The notes below the pieces were generated by a model. The model saw only the letters and a list, made by a program, of their open reading frames with translations, searched no databases and was not told the origin of the DNA. DNA of 64,000 bases from Nitrosopumilus sp. Lineage in GTDB: Archaea > Thermoproteota > Nitrososphaeria > Nitrososphaerales > Nitrosopumilaceae. The translations under genes were made by a program, and so were the position numbers. Position 1 is the first letter of the stretch; every line of letters begins with the position of its first letter. Shown in pieces: positions 39,132 through 49,788 of this stretch. The stretch spans positions 960,001 to 1,024,000 of the forward strand of contig OZ245040.1 in the NCBI GenBank assembly GCA_965224195.1. Direction: 5' to 3'.

Positions 39132-42100
39132 ATGAATCGTAACATACCACTAGTATTTTCTCTACTTCTTTTTGCAGGAATTCTTGCTCCGGCATATGCT
39201 CAAACTTCTGAAAATGTTGTAATTAATGAAGTCGACATTAATCCTCCTGGAGATGACTCTACAACTATTTCTGAATGGGTTGAACTTTACAATCCTACTG
39301 ATTTTGAAATTGATATTGGGGGATGGGAAATTGCATCCACCACTGTACTGAAAAAGACAATGACTATTCCACCTAATACTATGATTGAACCAGGACAATT
39401 TTTGACATATTCTTTTCAAAATGTTTGGTTCACTGATGCAAATGAATCAGTTGAACTCCGAGATGAAAATAATATCATAATTGACAAAACTCCTAATCTC
39501 ACTGATATACAAAATGATTTTACTTCATGGCAGAGACTCTATGATGGATATGACTTTGATAGTTCTGATGATTGGAAGTTTGTAGTTTCTACTGCAGGTT
39601 CTTCCAATGGAAAATTAATTCAAACACAAGAAATTAACGGTGTCACAGTATCTGTTTCATCAGAACAACCTTCTTACATCTTTGGTGATGTTGCGGTAAT
39701 TTCAGGTGCTGTTTCTGAAGAAGTCTTTATAATCCAACCATTTTTTCAACCTGAACAAATTATAATTTCTATTACTGGACCTAATTTCAATAAAATAGTT
39801 ACAATGTATCCTGATCTAGATCTTCAATATGAGACAACATTAAGTTTACATCAAGTTTTGGGAATAAACCAAGGATCGTATGATGTTATGGTAAGTTATG
39901 CTGGTTCAATTGATAGTACTAATTTTTCTGTTGGCACTGAAATTATAGAACAAGAAATCAAAGAAGAATCTGATCTTGGAATTTTTACTGATAAATCTCA
40001 ATATCTTCCTGGAGACCATGTTGATATTACTGGATTTGCCTCTGAAATAATACCATTTCAAGGAATGGTATTTACTATGACTGATGCTAGTGGTACATCT
40101 ATTGCAACTGGAAATCTTTTCCCAACTAATGGGGAATTTTCAACTTCTGTGTATCTTACTACTGTGAATCCTAATTATGGAACATATACCATCGAGGCTG
40201 AATATTCTGATAAACTTACATCGACTTCCTTTGAGGTAGTTGAGGATATCAAAGAAGATGTTCCAATATCTCTTTGGACTGATAAAGTAGCATATGGTTT
40301 GGATGATGAGGTCACAATAAATGGTAGATTAAATGATGTTTGGATTGGAAATTTGGATTTAGAAATTGTACAAACAAAACAATCTTCATCCACTACTAGT
40401 GATGCTGGATTTAAAATTTTAGATAGTTTAAAAATAATGGGTGATGGTTTATTTACTTATTCTTTTACAATTCCAGATAATGCCGTTAGATTAGGTGATT
40501 ACAAAATTACAGTATCTAAAGAAATTGGATCTGCCACAATCATTGCTTATGTTGTAGATGATCCAGAAAATTTTGTTCCTACCACTGACCCCTTAACTGT
40601 GGCGACTGATGCAGGTGTCTATGAATTTGCTGATACTGTTGTTGTTAGTGGTTTTGTTAAAGATCCATTTAGTAATTCAAGCTATGGTACTGGAACAGCT
40701 GTAAAAATTTCAATATCTCATGAAGATGGTAGCCCTCTAGAAATTGTTAATTTACAAGAAGCAAAAAGATTGGACGGTAGTGGTGTAATAGGATATGATT
40801 TTACAGCAATTCCTGAAACATCTGGACGATATTCTATTGAACTTGATATTACTAAAAACATCTTTACAGTTGGAAATTATGTTGTAAAGGCCCAATATTT
40901 GTCAGATGTGATGACTTCGACATTTACTGTTGTTGATTCTCTAGATTTAGATGGTGGTGCAATACTGTCTATTGATAAAGAAGTTTATGGTTTAGGTGAA
41001 ACTGTCCATCTTACAGGAATAATGCCTCGTACAGGCGATAATTCTGTTGTTATTTCAGTTACTAGACCTGATGGTACTAGAACTGATTATGGTGCAACTG
41101 TTGAGAATCAAAGATTTTCATGGTCTTGGGATGTTCCAGTATATGAAAAAATACCGTTATTGAAAGAAGATGACGGTCGTGACGTTAGGACATCTAATTA
41201 TGGTATTTACAAAATCAAATCTGCAATTGCTTCTGAAAGTATAGATATTTTCTTCAAAGTATCTGAAGATCCTAAAAATGATTCATTATCTACTACACCT
41301 CTTTTCGTAGAATCTGAAAAATCATTATACAAAGCAGGTGAAGACCTGAGAGTATCTGGTAATGTCATTTTGCGTGAACAAGGTGATGAAGGATTAGTTG
41401 TCAAAGAACGTGTACAATTGAGAATCATCGATGGCACATTCCCATTTAATTTAATCCATGAAGCAAATGTTTATTCAAATCAAGGTGGTGAATTTTCAAG
41501 TCTATTTGAATTACCTGCAACAATATTTTTAGAAGGTGAATACATTGTTCGTGCAAATTATGTAGGCACCCAAGCTGAATCCAGATTTAGTGTAGCAAAT
41601 GACTTTGTGTTTGGTATAGATGATGATTTAGCTTTATTGATTGGTACTGATAAAACAGAATATTATCTTGGTGATACAGTAACAATCTCTGGAAAACCAA
41701 ACAAATTAGTTTATTTGGAAAAATTTGAAGTTGGTGTACTTCAAAAATCTGAATCTGAAATAACTTGTGGCTCCTTTATTTGTGGAACAAATGCTGGCCC
41801 TATTACCACTATTTTTCCAGGTCCATCTGGTTCATTCATTCATGAATTTATAATTCCTGATGATGTATCTTCCATTGGTTTGTATGAAGTAAGTGTAGAT
41901 GCTGATTTTGATACCGGCTCTGTAACTTTTAATGTTCTTGAAAAATCATATACTCCAAAATTAAACACTGTAATTGAAAAACAAAATAGAATTGCAGATA
42001 AAACAATTCCAATTTTTACTGAAGAAAAAACTACTGACAGTATAACCCTTGCTCCAAGAGTTCTAAGTGGATCTTTGATTACTCCTACTAGAGGTGACGA

Positions 42101-42398
42101 ATCAAACGTTGATCTTAAAGTTTCAACTGTTACTGGAACTTGTATAATTGGCCCTGATGCTAATTGTCTAGTACGTGAATCTACACGTAAACAAGGTCAA
42201 ATTTATGATGTTGTAGAAGTTGATGGAGTTAATCTTAATGTTAGATATAGCGGTCCTGATGTACGTCTAGAAAAATTCAGTATTTTACCTGAATCCTCTA
42301 TAGCATTTTTACCTGATGCAAATTGGAATGTTGAGGTTCTCAAAGATGATCAAGTTTCGAGATTTTACTATAAAGTAACTTACAAGACCTTAGAGTAA
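39132..42398 (+). CDS. Large secreted lamin-tail-domain protein with Ig/MG2-like repeats
   Basis: Signal peptide (..APAYA); VVINEV..NPPG..EWVELYNPT; repeated TDK.xY..GD.V.ISG units. Confidence 0.85.
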   Translation: MNRNIPLVFSLLLFAGILAPAYAQTSENVVINEVDINPPGDDSTTISEWVELYNPTDFEIDIGGWEIASTTVLKKTMTIPPNTMIEPGQFLTYSFQNVWFTDANESVELRDENNIIIDKTPNLTDIQNDFTSWQRLYDGYDFDSSDDWKFVVSTAGSSNGKLIQTQEINGVTVSVSSEQPSYIFGDVAVISGAVSEEVFIIQPFFQPEQIIISITGPNFNKIVTMYPDLDLQYETTLSLHQVLGINQGSYDVMVSYAGSIDSTNFSVGTEIIEQEIKEESDLGIFTDKSQYLPGDHVDITGFASEIIPFQGMVFTMTDASGTSIATGNLFPTNGEFSTSVYLTTVNPNYGTYTIEAEYSDKLTSTSFEVVEDIKEDVPISLWTDKVAYGLDDEVTINGRLNDVWIGNLDLEIVQTKQSSSTTSDAGFKILDSLKIMGDGLFTYSFTIPDNAVRLGDYKITVSKEIGSATIIAYVVDDPENFVPTTDPLTVATDAGVYEFADTVVVSGFVKDPFSNSSYGTGTAVKISISHEDGSPLEIVNLQEAKRLDGSGVIGYDFTAIPETSGRYSIELDITKNIFTVGNYVVKAQYLSDVMTSTFTVVDSLDLDGGAILSIDKEVYGLGETVHLTGIMPRTGDNSVVISVTRPDGTRTDYGATVENQRFSWSWDVPVYEKIPLLKEDDGRDVRTSNYGIYKIKSAIASESIDIFFKVSEDPKNDSLSTTPLFVESEKSLYKAGEDLRVSGNVILREQGDEGLVVKERVQLRIIDGTFPFNLIHEANVYSNQGGEFSSLFELPATIFLEGEYIVRANYVGTQAESRFSVANDFVFGIDDDLALLIGTDKTEYYLGDTVTISGKPNKLVYLEKFEVGVLQKSESEITCGSFICGTNAGPITTIFPGPSGSFIHEFIIPDDVSSIGLYEVSVDADFDTGSVTFNVLEKSYTPKLNTVIEKQNRIADKTIPIFTEEKTTDSITLAPRVLSGSLITPTRGDESNVDLKVSTVTGTCIIGPDANCLVRESTRKQGQIYDVVEVDGVNLNVRYSGPDVRLEKFSILPESSIAFLPDANWNVEVLKDDQVSRFYYKVTYKTLE

Positions 42399-42432
42399 AT
42401 CCAAAATACCCTCAATCTTATTCTTTATTGAA

Positions 42433-42924
42433 ATGAAATTACAAGTATTGATGTTTTATCAAGATGATCCAAAAAAATGCACTGCTGCTAAAATGGTAAA
42501 ATTTGGTCTTGCCCAAAACATCAAAAAAATTGGTTCTAAAGGTTTGGTATTAGATCCATTTTCTGAAAAGACTTTACTTCCTAAAGATAAATCAATTATT
42601 AATACAATAATTGGTATAGATTGCTCTTGGAATCTGGCAGACCAGGCATTCTCGAAAAAGTTTTCTGGTATTAAAAGAAAATTACCTCCATTACTTGCTG
42701 GTAACCCTGTAAATTATTCAAAATTAAATAAATTAACTACGGTTGAGGCCTTAGCTGCATCTTTGTTTATTTTAGATTCCAAGGATCAGGCTTTAGAATT
42801 ACTTAACAAATTCAAATGGGGTCATACTTTTTATGAACTTAATCAAAATCTTTTGGAAGAATATTCAAAACTTGAAAATGAATTGCAAATAGATTTGATT
42901 TTAAAAGACTACGGTTTACTTTGA
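42433..42924 (+). CDS. tsr3: rRNA aminocarboxypropyltransferase Tsr3 (DUF367)
   Basis: DDPKKCTA, DCSW, LPPLLAGNPVNY and FKWGHTF. Confidence 0.93.
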   Translation: MKLQVLMFYQDDPKKCTAAKMVKFGLAQNIKKIGSKGLVLDPFSEKTLLPKDKSIINTIIGIDCSWNLADQAFSKKFSGIKRKLPPLLAGNPVNYSKLNKLTTVEALAASLFILDSKDQALELLNKFKWGHTFYELNQNLLEEYSKLENELQIDLILKDYGLL

Positions 42925-45374
42925 TTTCTTTTTTTAAAAAATATTACAATTCCTACTATTGCAATTATTGATATTGCCCAAACCCAATACGATGATTCAT
43001 TTTTGGCAAATTCAATATTTTCATATGTGGTTACTGGCAATTCACTTTTGCTATTTGTAACAATGAAACTTGATTCATAAAAGTCTGGTTTTAATACTGA
43101 GTTTGAAATTGCAAATATTTTGATATTGTTTGCGCCTGTACCTAGTTTATTTGAGGTCTCTGGAGTGATTGTGATGACTGTTTTACCATCTTTTGTGTCT
43201 ATTGTATTTGAAATTATTTTCTCCCCTTGACTATTTGTTAAAAAATACAGTATTGAATCTGAATTTTTGGTTTCAATATTTAGCGTGATTTCTTCTCCTT
43301 TTTGTATTAGTTTTTCTATGTCTATTTTTTCAATTGATGGAAACTGTGTTTCTTCAAATCTTGACCATTCACCTTTTTTGAATGGATATGAATCATCATC
43401 AAATGCCATTACTTTGATTGTTCTTGATTCTGGTGAATATGATTCTAGATAAAATGGACCATTACTTATCACCGCATGTTCTTTAGCCTGAATCCAATTA
43501 ATTGAAGAATCATATCTATTTTTATAATATTCTATACTTTGATTATTTTCTTTTACTGCTTCTGGAATGTAATTAGTTTCTTTAAATTCTTGTAAATAAT
43601 TTTTGATGATGATTGCGTCATTTGGTATGATTAGTGATAACCAATTAACACTTTTACTTACTGCTCCTGATCTTGAAAATGAAACTTTTCCATCCATTAC
43701 TGCTTTCTCCATTGCAGCTGTAATTTCCCACGGTACTGGTGTTGCTATGTCTGCCCAATCTGCAATCTCTCCTTCATCATAATGCCAATAGTCTACATAC
43801 ACTTCAACGGTGTTTTCATCTATTACATTTATTCCTCTAATTGTCTGAATACTTTGTGCTGCTCTGGGGGTAAATTCAGTATCAAAAGTTTTATCATTTT
43901 CATCTACTTGGGTTCCCCACTCTATGGTGAAATATAATGCATGTAAAATATCGTTAATATCCATTTTTTGCCCATTATGCCAATTACTAAGTTTCCAATC
44001 AAATGTTACTTTACTAGTTGCCAATGCATTGGACCCTACATTTTCCCATTGCTGTGATGTTGGATTCCAAATTTTTGCTTCTTGAGGTATACTTAATTTA
44101 TCATTTGGACCTGCTGTTTCAACTTGCCAGTCTGCTCTAATTGGGATTGTTTCTCCTGTAAATGGATGTTTGAATGTGGCCGGATCTGAAATTATTCCCC
44201 AAATCTGTACACTATAACTATCAGTCATACCCATTACTGGATTCCATGCTCCTTGATAGATTTGTTTGACTCCTATTGCTAATTCTTCATGATCACTTTT
44301 AGCATTAATTGGTGTGAATCTACTTGGTACTCCTGCTCCAAAATCATTTACTATTCCATTGATTTTCTCATTTACTACATACTGATCAATTTTATTTGCT
44401 AAAAAAATTCTTACTGATTCATTAATTCCTTCTACTACTGCTTCTTGAATTAATTTTGCTCTTTGTTCTGCCGTTTCAAAATCACTTGTGTATATTTTCT
44501 GAGTAATCGTATCTAATTTTTCATTTTTATAATTCCAATACGTTGGATCATTAAATCCTGGCATGTTTGAAAACCAAGGAGAATACATATGTCCCAATCC
44601 TGTGGAATCATATTTTACAAATGCTGAACGTTGCCATGCTTCTGTGTATAGATTCCATTTCACATCTGATGGATTTGACCCATAGACTATTACAAATGCT
44701 TTATTCAAATCCCCAAAATCTTTTTTTACTGTAAATCCTATTTTTTCTAATTCAACGGCTAATATTTCTCCTATTGATTTTCTTATGGGATCATCACTTC
44801 TGATAAAAATTGTAATTTCTATTGGTTTACTGTTAATCTGCCATTTTCCTTCTTTTTTGATTGCCCCTTTCTCTGTCAATGCTTTAGACATGATTTCTTT
44901 TGCTAATGTTGGATTGTATTTGAAATTGAACATCTCTAACTGTTCAATTATTGTCAGAAATTCTGGACTTGAAGTACCATAATATGAAATACTTGGGGCT
45001 CCGTATCCTCCCATTAACTCGTTTACTATCAAATTTCTGTCTACTAAATAATTTAAAGCAAATCTGGTCTCTTTATCTGAAAAAGGATTGAATTTTTCTG
45101 ATTCGGCAGGATTTACTAGAATGCTATAAAATCTACTTGTTGCATCAAAAACTTGTAATTCTTCTTTGCCTTGATTATTTTCTAATCTATCTGCTGAGAC
45201 TGTATCATAGTATATGTCTAGATTCCCATTTCTGACTTCTTCTAATGCTGTATTTTCATCTAAATATTGAATGAATTTTACTGAATCAAAAAATGTATTT
45301 TTTTCTGCAAATGATTCATTGTGTATTATTGATGCTATTGAAAGAGCTAGTATGATAACTAGCATAATTTTCAT
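42909..45374 (-). CDS. ABC transporter substrate-binding protein (family 5, peptide type), membrane-anchored
   Basis: NPFSDKETRFALNYLVDR, WHNGQ..DINDI and ISNGPFYL; signal peptide and C-terminal TM. Confidence 0.88.
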   Translation of the reverse strand: MKIMLVIILALSIASIIHNESFAEKNTFFDSVKFIQYLDENTALEEVRNGNLDIYYDTVSADRLENNQGKEELQVFDATSRFYSILVNPAESEKFNPFSDKETRFALNYLVDRNLIVNELMGGYGAPSISYYGTSSPEFLTIIEQLEMFNFKYNPTLAKEIMSKALTEKGAIKKEGKWQINSKPIEITIFIRSDDPIRKSIGEILAVELEKIGFTVKKDFGDLNKAFVIVYGSNPSDVKWNLYTEAWQRSAFVKYDSTGLGHMYSPWFSNMPGFNDPTYWNYKNEKLDTITQKIYTSDFETAEQRAKLIQEAVVEGINESVRIFLANKIDQYVVNEKINGIVNDFGAGVPSRFTPINAKSDHEELAIGVKQIYQGAWNPVMGMTDSYSVQIWGIISDPATFKHPFTGETIPIRADWQVETAGPNDKLSIPQEAKIWNPTSQQWENVGSNALATSKVTFDWKLSNWHNGQKMDINDILHALYFTIEWGTQVDENDKTFDTEFTPRAAQSIQTIRGINVIDENTVEVYVDYWHYDEGEIADWADIATPVPWEITAAMEKAVMDGKVSFSRSGAVSKSVNWLSLIIPNDAIIIKNYLQEFKETNYIPEAVKENNQSIEYYKNRYDSSINWIQAKEHAVISNGPFYLESYSPESRTIKVMAFDDDSYPFKKGEWSRFEETQFPSIEKIDIEKLIQKGEEITLNIETKNSDSILYFLTNSQGEKIISNTIDTKDGKTVITITPETSNKLGTGANNIKIFAISNSVLKPDFYESSFIVTNSKSELPVTTYENIEFAKNESSYWVWAISIIAIVGIVIFFKKRNQSKP

Positions 45375-45455
45375 GTTGATACTTTCAAAACCATGTACTA
45401 AAACCTATATCACAATACCCTGATATTATTAGTTGCTAAAACCTATATTTCTATA

Positions 45456-46109
45456 ATGAATCAAAAACTACAATTGAAACTCCATCCTAAAATGAAAATC
45501 GGATTACAAGGAATAATCCCTGGAGGTATGTCTGTACAAGATTTTTCTGCTGTCACAAAAATAAATTCTTCTGATTCTAAAATAATTTTAGATGAATTTG
45601 TTAAAAATGATATTGGAAAAAAACAAGATAATTCATATTATTTTGAAGAGGGGGATAAATTAAAAATTGCAGTAATGTTATTGGAAAAAGGTTTTCCAAT
45701 TGATGAAATTTCTGTTGCTTTGGATTGGAGGAATTTTGAAGGGCTAACTGCTGAAATATTATCTGAAAAGAATTTTGCAGTAATAAAAAATATGATGCTA
45801 ACAAAACCTAGAATGGAAATTGATGTGGTGGGTATTAGACTTGGTGTTGCAATTTTGATTGATTGTAAACATTGGAAACGTAACAGCCCATCTGCCTTAT
45901 CCACTGTGGTAAAAAAACAAATTGCTAGGACAAAACACTATGTTGAAAAAACTCCTGGAGCGTTGGCTGTGCCTGTAATTGTAACTTTGTATCAGGATAA
46001 AATCGATTTTATTGAGAATGTACCAATAGTTCCAATTTTTCAGTTTGCTTCATTTGTTGATGAATTTTATGGAAATATTGATCAAATGAAGACTATAGGA
46101 ACAGACTAG
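45456..46109 (+). CDS. PD-(D/E)XK restriction-endonuclease-like (Mrr-like) protein
   Basis: WRNFEGL..EIDVVG...IDCKHW. Confidence 0.75.
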   Translation: MNQKLQLKLHPKMKIGLQGIIPGGMSVQDFSAVTKINSSDSKIILDEFVKNDIGKKQDNSYYFEEGDKLKIAVMLLEKGFPIDEISVALDWRNFEGLTAEILSEKNFAVIKNMMLTKPRMEIDVVGIRLGVAILIDCKHWKRNSPSALSTVVKKQIARTKHYVEKTPGALAVPVIVTLYQDKIDFIENVPIVPIFQFASFVDEFYGNIDQMKTIGTD

Positions 46110-47841
46110 ATATAAATAATATCATACATCCAATCACAAACCCTTTGGTAATTTTTAATGAATTATCTAATGCTTTGGAATAATCTTCATAAATTCCCTG
46201 ACCCATTACTTTTACGTTTGATTCATTTTCTAAAATCTCAAATTTTGCTGCTGCGGTATTATTTTCTGCACTTTTTGCAATTTCAAAAAACCATTTTGCT
46301 AGTTTATCTGCACTTGTAATTAATCCTAATTGATAGTATCCATTTCTGTTCCTTGGTTTAACTGGTGCATAATGCGTATCTGATGTACAAATTTCAAGTA
46401 GTTGATAATCTCTTTTTGCAAAAATATCTATAATTTTCTCTCTGACTCCATTTTCCATATTGTTGGAATCTGCCCATCCTAAGAAATATTTTTTCTCATT
46501 AATTTTAAGACAAATAATTCCTAACCCTCCCATTCCCAAGTCTTCTGTCCATACATCCATTTCATCCGTATTGGCATAGCCAAACTCTATTGGGAAATTC
46601 TCTTTTGTAATTAGAGTATCCAAACATGATTTAGCAGCTTTTAGCATATCTTCTCCATCTTCTTTTGAAATTTCCTCACCCATTGCATTATGGGTATCCA
46701 CAATCAGGGTTCTTGTATAATTTCTATTATTTGCATACTGGACTATTTCTGTTTTCATGTAACTAGGAAGATCTTCCATACCTTGTGGTGATAATGATAA
46801 AAACAATAGTGGATTATTTCCAAAAAGTAAACCTGTCACTCTAGCTTTGTTTATTTGAACTGTTACTGGCTCTGTACATTGTATGCCCTCTTCTTTGACT
46901 TTACTATTCTCCAAATCCTTCAAAAATTTTTCAACTTCATTTCTTGATGGAAGATTCAATGCATGATCTGAAATACTGTGCATGACCATTGCTGATGATG
47001 ATAAATTTTTGTAAATTAGGTAGGGGATATTGCTTCCTCCTACGGGGTGATATGGTCCTGGATGTATCCCTGGTAATACCATTCTGAATTCTTTTTGGCC
47101 GTTTTGTGTTGAAAATTTTATTTGTGATGTGTCTATTTTGGTTTCACTTGAGCGTTCTTCCATCAGCATTTCGGCATCTTCAAAATCATTCCCTTGTGAT
47201 GCAAGATATGCTTGGATTGTTTTATGGGTGCTCTCCATTCCTGGTCTTCCTGCTCTATCTGTTACAAATGACCATACACTTGCAATAATAATAAAAGATA
47301 TCCCGTATCCTAATCCCACTGGCTCACTAAGTATCGAAATCCATAAATCTTGTGGAACTAATACCAAAAACATTGCTAGTGGTTGAATGAGACAAATGGC
47401 CCAAGCTTTTTTTAGACTTGCACCGAGAGTTGTAGTGTAAATCCCTATTCTAAAACCTGTAAAAAGTAATAATCCAAATGTGATGAAGAATAGTTCTAAA
47501 TCTTTTGATAAAACTATGCTTGAAAGTATTCCCATCAAAAGTGTAACAGTCCATAACATATTTCCAAAAAAAGATGAATGCAATGATTTTGAATATTCTC
47601 TCTTTTTTGCAAATCGTGAATCTAATAATTGTGTTAAAGATAATACTCCTAAAACAATTGGTAATCTGTACCAGTTTTCTTCAAACCCTAAATTTCCCAA
47701 ATATCCAAAATATGTAGCAAAAACTGTAACTGATGCTACTACCATTGAAACTACTAGTGAGAAATATTTTGATGATGGATTAACTAGAGTAAGGGAAAAT
47801 CTATTGTGTATATTTGAAACATCATCTATTTCTTGTTCCAT
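46093..47841 (-). CDS. DUF2070-family membrane protein
   Basis: N-terminal TMs; HPGPY..GGSN, DTHN, DSNNM and TSDTH. Confidence 0.85.
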   Translation of the reverse strand: MEQEIDDVSNIHNRFSLTLVNPSSKYFSLVVSMVVASVTVFATYFGYLGNLGFEENWYRLPIVLGVLSLTQLLDSRFAKKREYSKSLHSSFFGNMLWTVTLLMGILSSIVLSKDLELFFITFGLLLFTGFRIGIYTTTLGASLKKAWAICLIQPLAMFLVLVPQDLWISILSEPVGLGYGISFIIIASVWSFVTDRAGRPGMESTHKTIQAYLASQGNDFEDAEMLMEERSSETKIDTSQIKFSTQNGQKEFRMVLPGIHPGPYHPVGGSNIPYLIYKNLSSSAMVMHSISDHALNLPSRNEVEKFLKDLENSKVKEEGIQCTEPVTVQINKARVTGLLFGNNPLLFLSLSPQGMEDLPSYMKTEIVQYANNRNYTRTLIVDTHNAMGEEISKEDGEDMLKAAKSCLDTLITKENFPIEFGYANTDEMDVWTEDLGMGGLGIICLKINEKKYFLGWADSNNMENGVREKIIDIFAKRDYQLLEICTSDTHYAPVKPRNRNGYYQLGLITSADKLAKWFFEIAKSAENNTAAAKFEILENESNVKVMGQGIYEDYSKALDNSLKITKGFVIGCMILFISSLFL

Positions 47842-47848
47842 TGTTCCT

Positions 47849-48013
47849 TCACGGAGAGAAAAATAAATCGATTATCCATGAAACGGCGATTAAACTAATT
47901 GGGATTGATACTACAATTTTTGGATCTAATTTGAATCCCTTTGTCTCATCTTCAAAGAATCTCATGAGACCTCCACTTGATGCTGGGAGTGGTGCTGATT
48001 TCTTATCTGCCAT
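47849..48013 (-). CDS. secG: Preprotein translocase subunit Sec61-beta/SecG (not in ORF track)
   Basis: MADKKSAPLPASSGGLMRFFEDETKGFKLDPKIVV + TM helix. Confidence 0.9.
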   Translation of the reverse strand: MADKKSAPLPASSGGLMRFFEDETKGFKLDPKIVVSIPISLIAVSWIIDLFFSP

Positions 48014-48048
48014 TACAATTCGTCATCACGGATTTTAACATAAAAACT

Positions 48049-48378
48049 TTATTGTTTTCCTTTCATTTTATCGATTATTTCTAACAACGTATTGATTGTT
48101 TTTAGGATGTTTTGTTGTTTTTCATGATCTTTTTCCTGTTCTAGTTCTTTTGATAGATTCTCCAATTTTTTCTCAAATGTTTTTTCTATTGATGATGACT
48201 CATTTGGTTGATTTTCACTAGGTATTTCTTTTTTTTCTGGTTGTCTACCACAGCTAATGCATAATGCTTGTCCTTCTTTCATCACTCTAACCCCTGCACA
48301 GTATGGACAAGGTTCACTAAGTAATGTGGCTCCTTGAAGAAGCATTTCCGCTGCTTTTTTTGTAAGCTTTTCTGTCAC
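48049..48378 (-). CDS. UPF0148/autoantigen p27-family zinc-ribbon protein
   Basis: LLQGATLLSEPCPYC...CISC. Confidence 0.85.
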   Translation of the reverse strand: MTEKLTKKAAEMLLQGATLLSEPCPYCAGVRVMKEGQALCISCGRQPEKKEIPSENQPNESSSIEKTFEKKLENLSKELEQEKDHEKQQNILKTINTLLEIIDKMKGKQ

Positions 48379-48482
48379 TGTTTTTCTTTAATTTTCTATC
48401 TAAAAAATCCGTTTATTTTTTATTTTTTCATAATATTCAAACAAGGCTTAATAGTGTGAATAATTGAATTTATTTCGAACGA

Positions 48483-48791
48483 ATGGCAGTAATTTGTAAT
48501 ACTTGTGGTCTTCCAGAAGATTTGTGCGCATGTGGTGAACTTGCCAAAGATAGTACTAAAATCATTATTAGATTGGAAACTAGGCGTTTTAAGAAAAAGG
48601 GTACTATGATTGAAGGATTGGATCCTAAAATAAATAATCTAGAAGTTGTGGCAAAAGATCTTAAAAATAAATATGCATGTGGAGGAACTGCAAAAGAGGG
48701 TTACATATTCTTACAAGGAGATCATAGAGATACAATCAAAGACACTTTGATTCATTTAGGATTTGCAGAAGACACAATAGAATTACATTAG
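48483..48791 (+). CDS. sui1: Translation initiation factor SUI1 (aIF1)
   Basis: CGLPEDLCAC and LKNKYACGGTAKEG.I.LQGDHR. Confidence 0.93.
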   Translation: MAVICNTCGLPEDLCACGELAKDSTKIIIRLETRRFKKKGTMIEGLDPKINNLEVVAKDLKNKYACGGTAKEGYIFLQGDHRDTIKDTLIHLGFAEDTIELH

Positions 48792-48792
48792 A

Positions 48793-49788
48793 GTGCAATT
48801 GCAAAATTCAAATAAAATACTTCAGTTAATTGGAATTCCATTTAGCGCATCACTTTCAGTAGTTTTTGGTTTACTTTTGGTTTCATTCCCAATTGGAATT
48901 CATATAGTTTTTGAAACTGATGTTGGAGGTGATATTAATTTTGAATATCCTTTAACTCACTTGGATATTTTTGATGGCACCGATTTTTACAAATCTCCTC
49001 TTGATGTTAGTATAGGTGATGCATTTGTTGTGCTATGGATATTCTATCTTGTTCTTTTTGTAATTGCTATTCTTGGACCTCGTAATGATTTTTTAAAAAC
49101 ACTTTCACTCATTATCTCTTTTGGGAAATACAATACACGCGTAAATTATATGATTGGAATAACTAAATGGTTTTCAATTTTAATTTTAATCTCAACTCTG
49201 ATAAATTATGTTCAAAAAGAAATTGGCCTTGAAATTGTCCCCCCTCTGGCTGAAAATGATTTAATTCAATTTTTTTATGTAAGCTTGGCTCCTATTCTTG
49301 AAGAATTTGGGTTTCGTCTTATTTTAATTGGCATTCCGTTGTTTGCTCTTTATTCTACAAAACCTTTTTTGAAATATTTTGTTAAATGTTTGTGGAGTCC
49401 TGCCAATTTGGATATCTATGATGCAAAAAAAGCATTTCTTTTAGTAGTTTTTGTAGGTGTTCTTTTTGGATTTGCACACATAGCATTTGGTGATTCTTGG
49501 AGTACTGGAAAGTTTGCCCAAGCTGCCGCAAGTGGAATAATTTTAGGTTGGGTGTATCTTCGATACGGTTTTGTTGTTTCTCTTTTGATTCATTGGGCTA
49601 CTAATTACTTTGTTTTTTCATATGCCAATTTTATTTCCCAGATAAATACAATTTCTATTGAAGATGCATTTTCACATTCTTTAATGTCTACTTTAGAAAT
49701 TTTACTGCTTGTTACGGGTATTTTCTCAATTAGTATTTTGTTTGTAAATAGATTTTGTTCTAAAAAAAATACTACCTTAGAGGTCTAG
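48793..49788 (+). CDS. CPBP-family intramembrane glutamic protease
   Basis: APILEEFGFR, LFGFAH and IHWATN. Confidence 0.88.
   Translation: MQLQNSNKILQLIGIPFSASLSVVFGLLLVSFPIGIHIVFETDVGGDINFEYPLTHLDIFDGTDFYKSPLDVSIGDAFVVLWIFYLVLFVIAILGPRNDFLKTLSLIISFGKYNTRVNYMIGITKWFSILILISTLINYVQKEIGLEIVPPLAENDLIQFFYVSLAPILEEFGFRLILIGIPLFALYSTKPFLKYFVKCLWSPANLDIYDAKKAFLLVVFVGVLFGFAHIAFGDSWSTGKFAQAAASGIILGWVYLRYGFVVSLLIHWATNYFVFSYANFISQINTISIEDAFSHSLMSTLEILLLVTGIFSISILFVNRFCSKKNTTLEV

Noticed and set aside
45456-46109. Restriction-modification system
   Set aside because: No DNA methyltransferase adjacent; the gene sits among housekeeping genes as a solitary PD-(D/E)XK protein.
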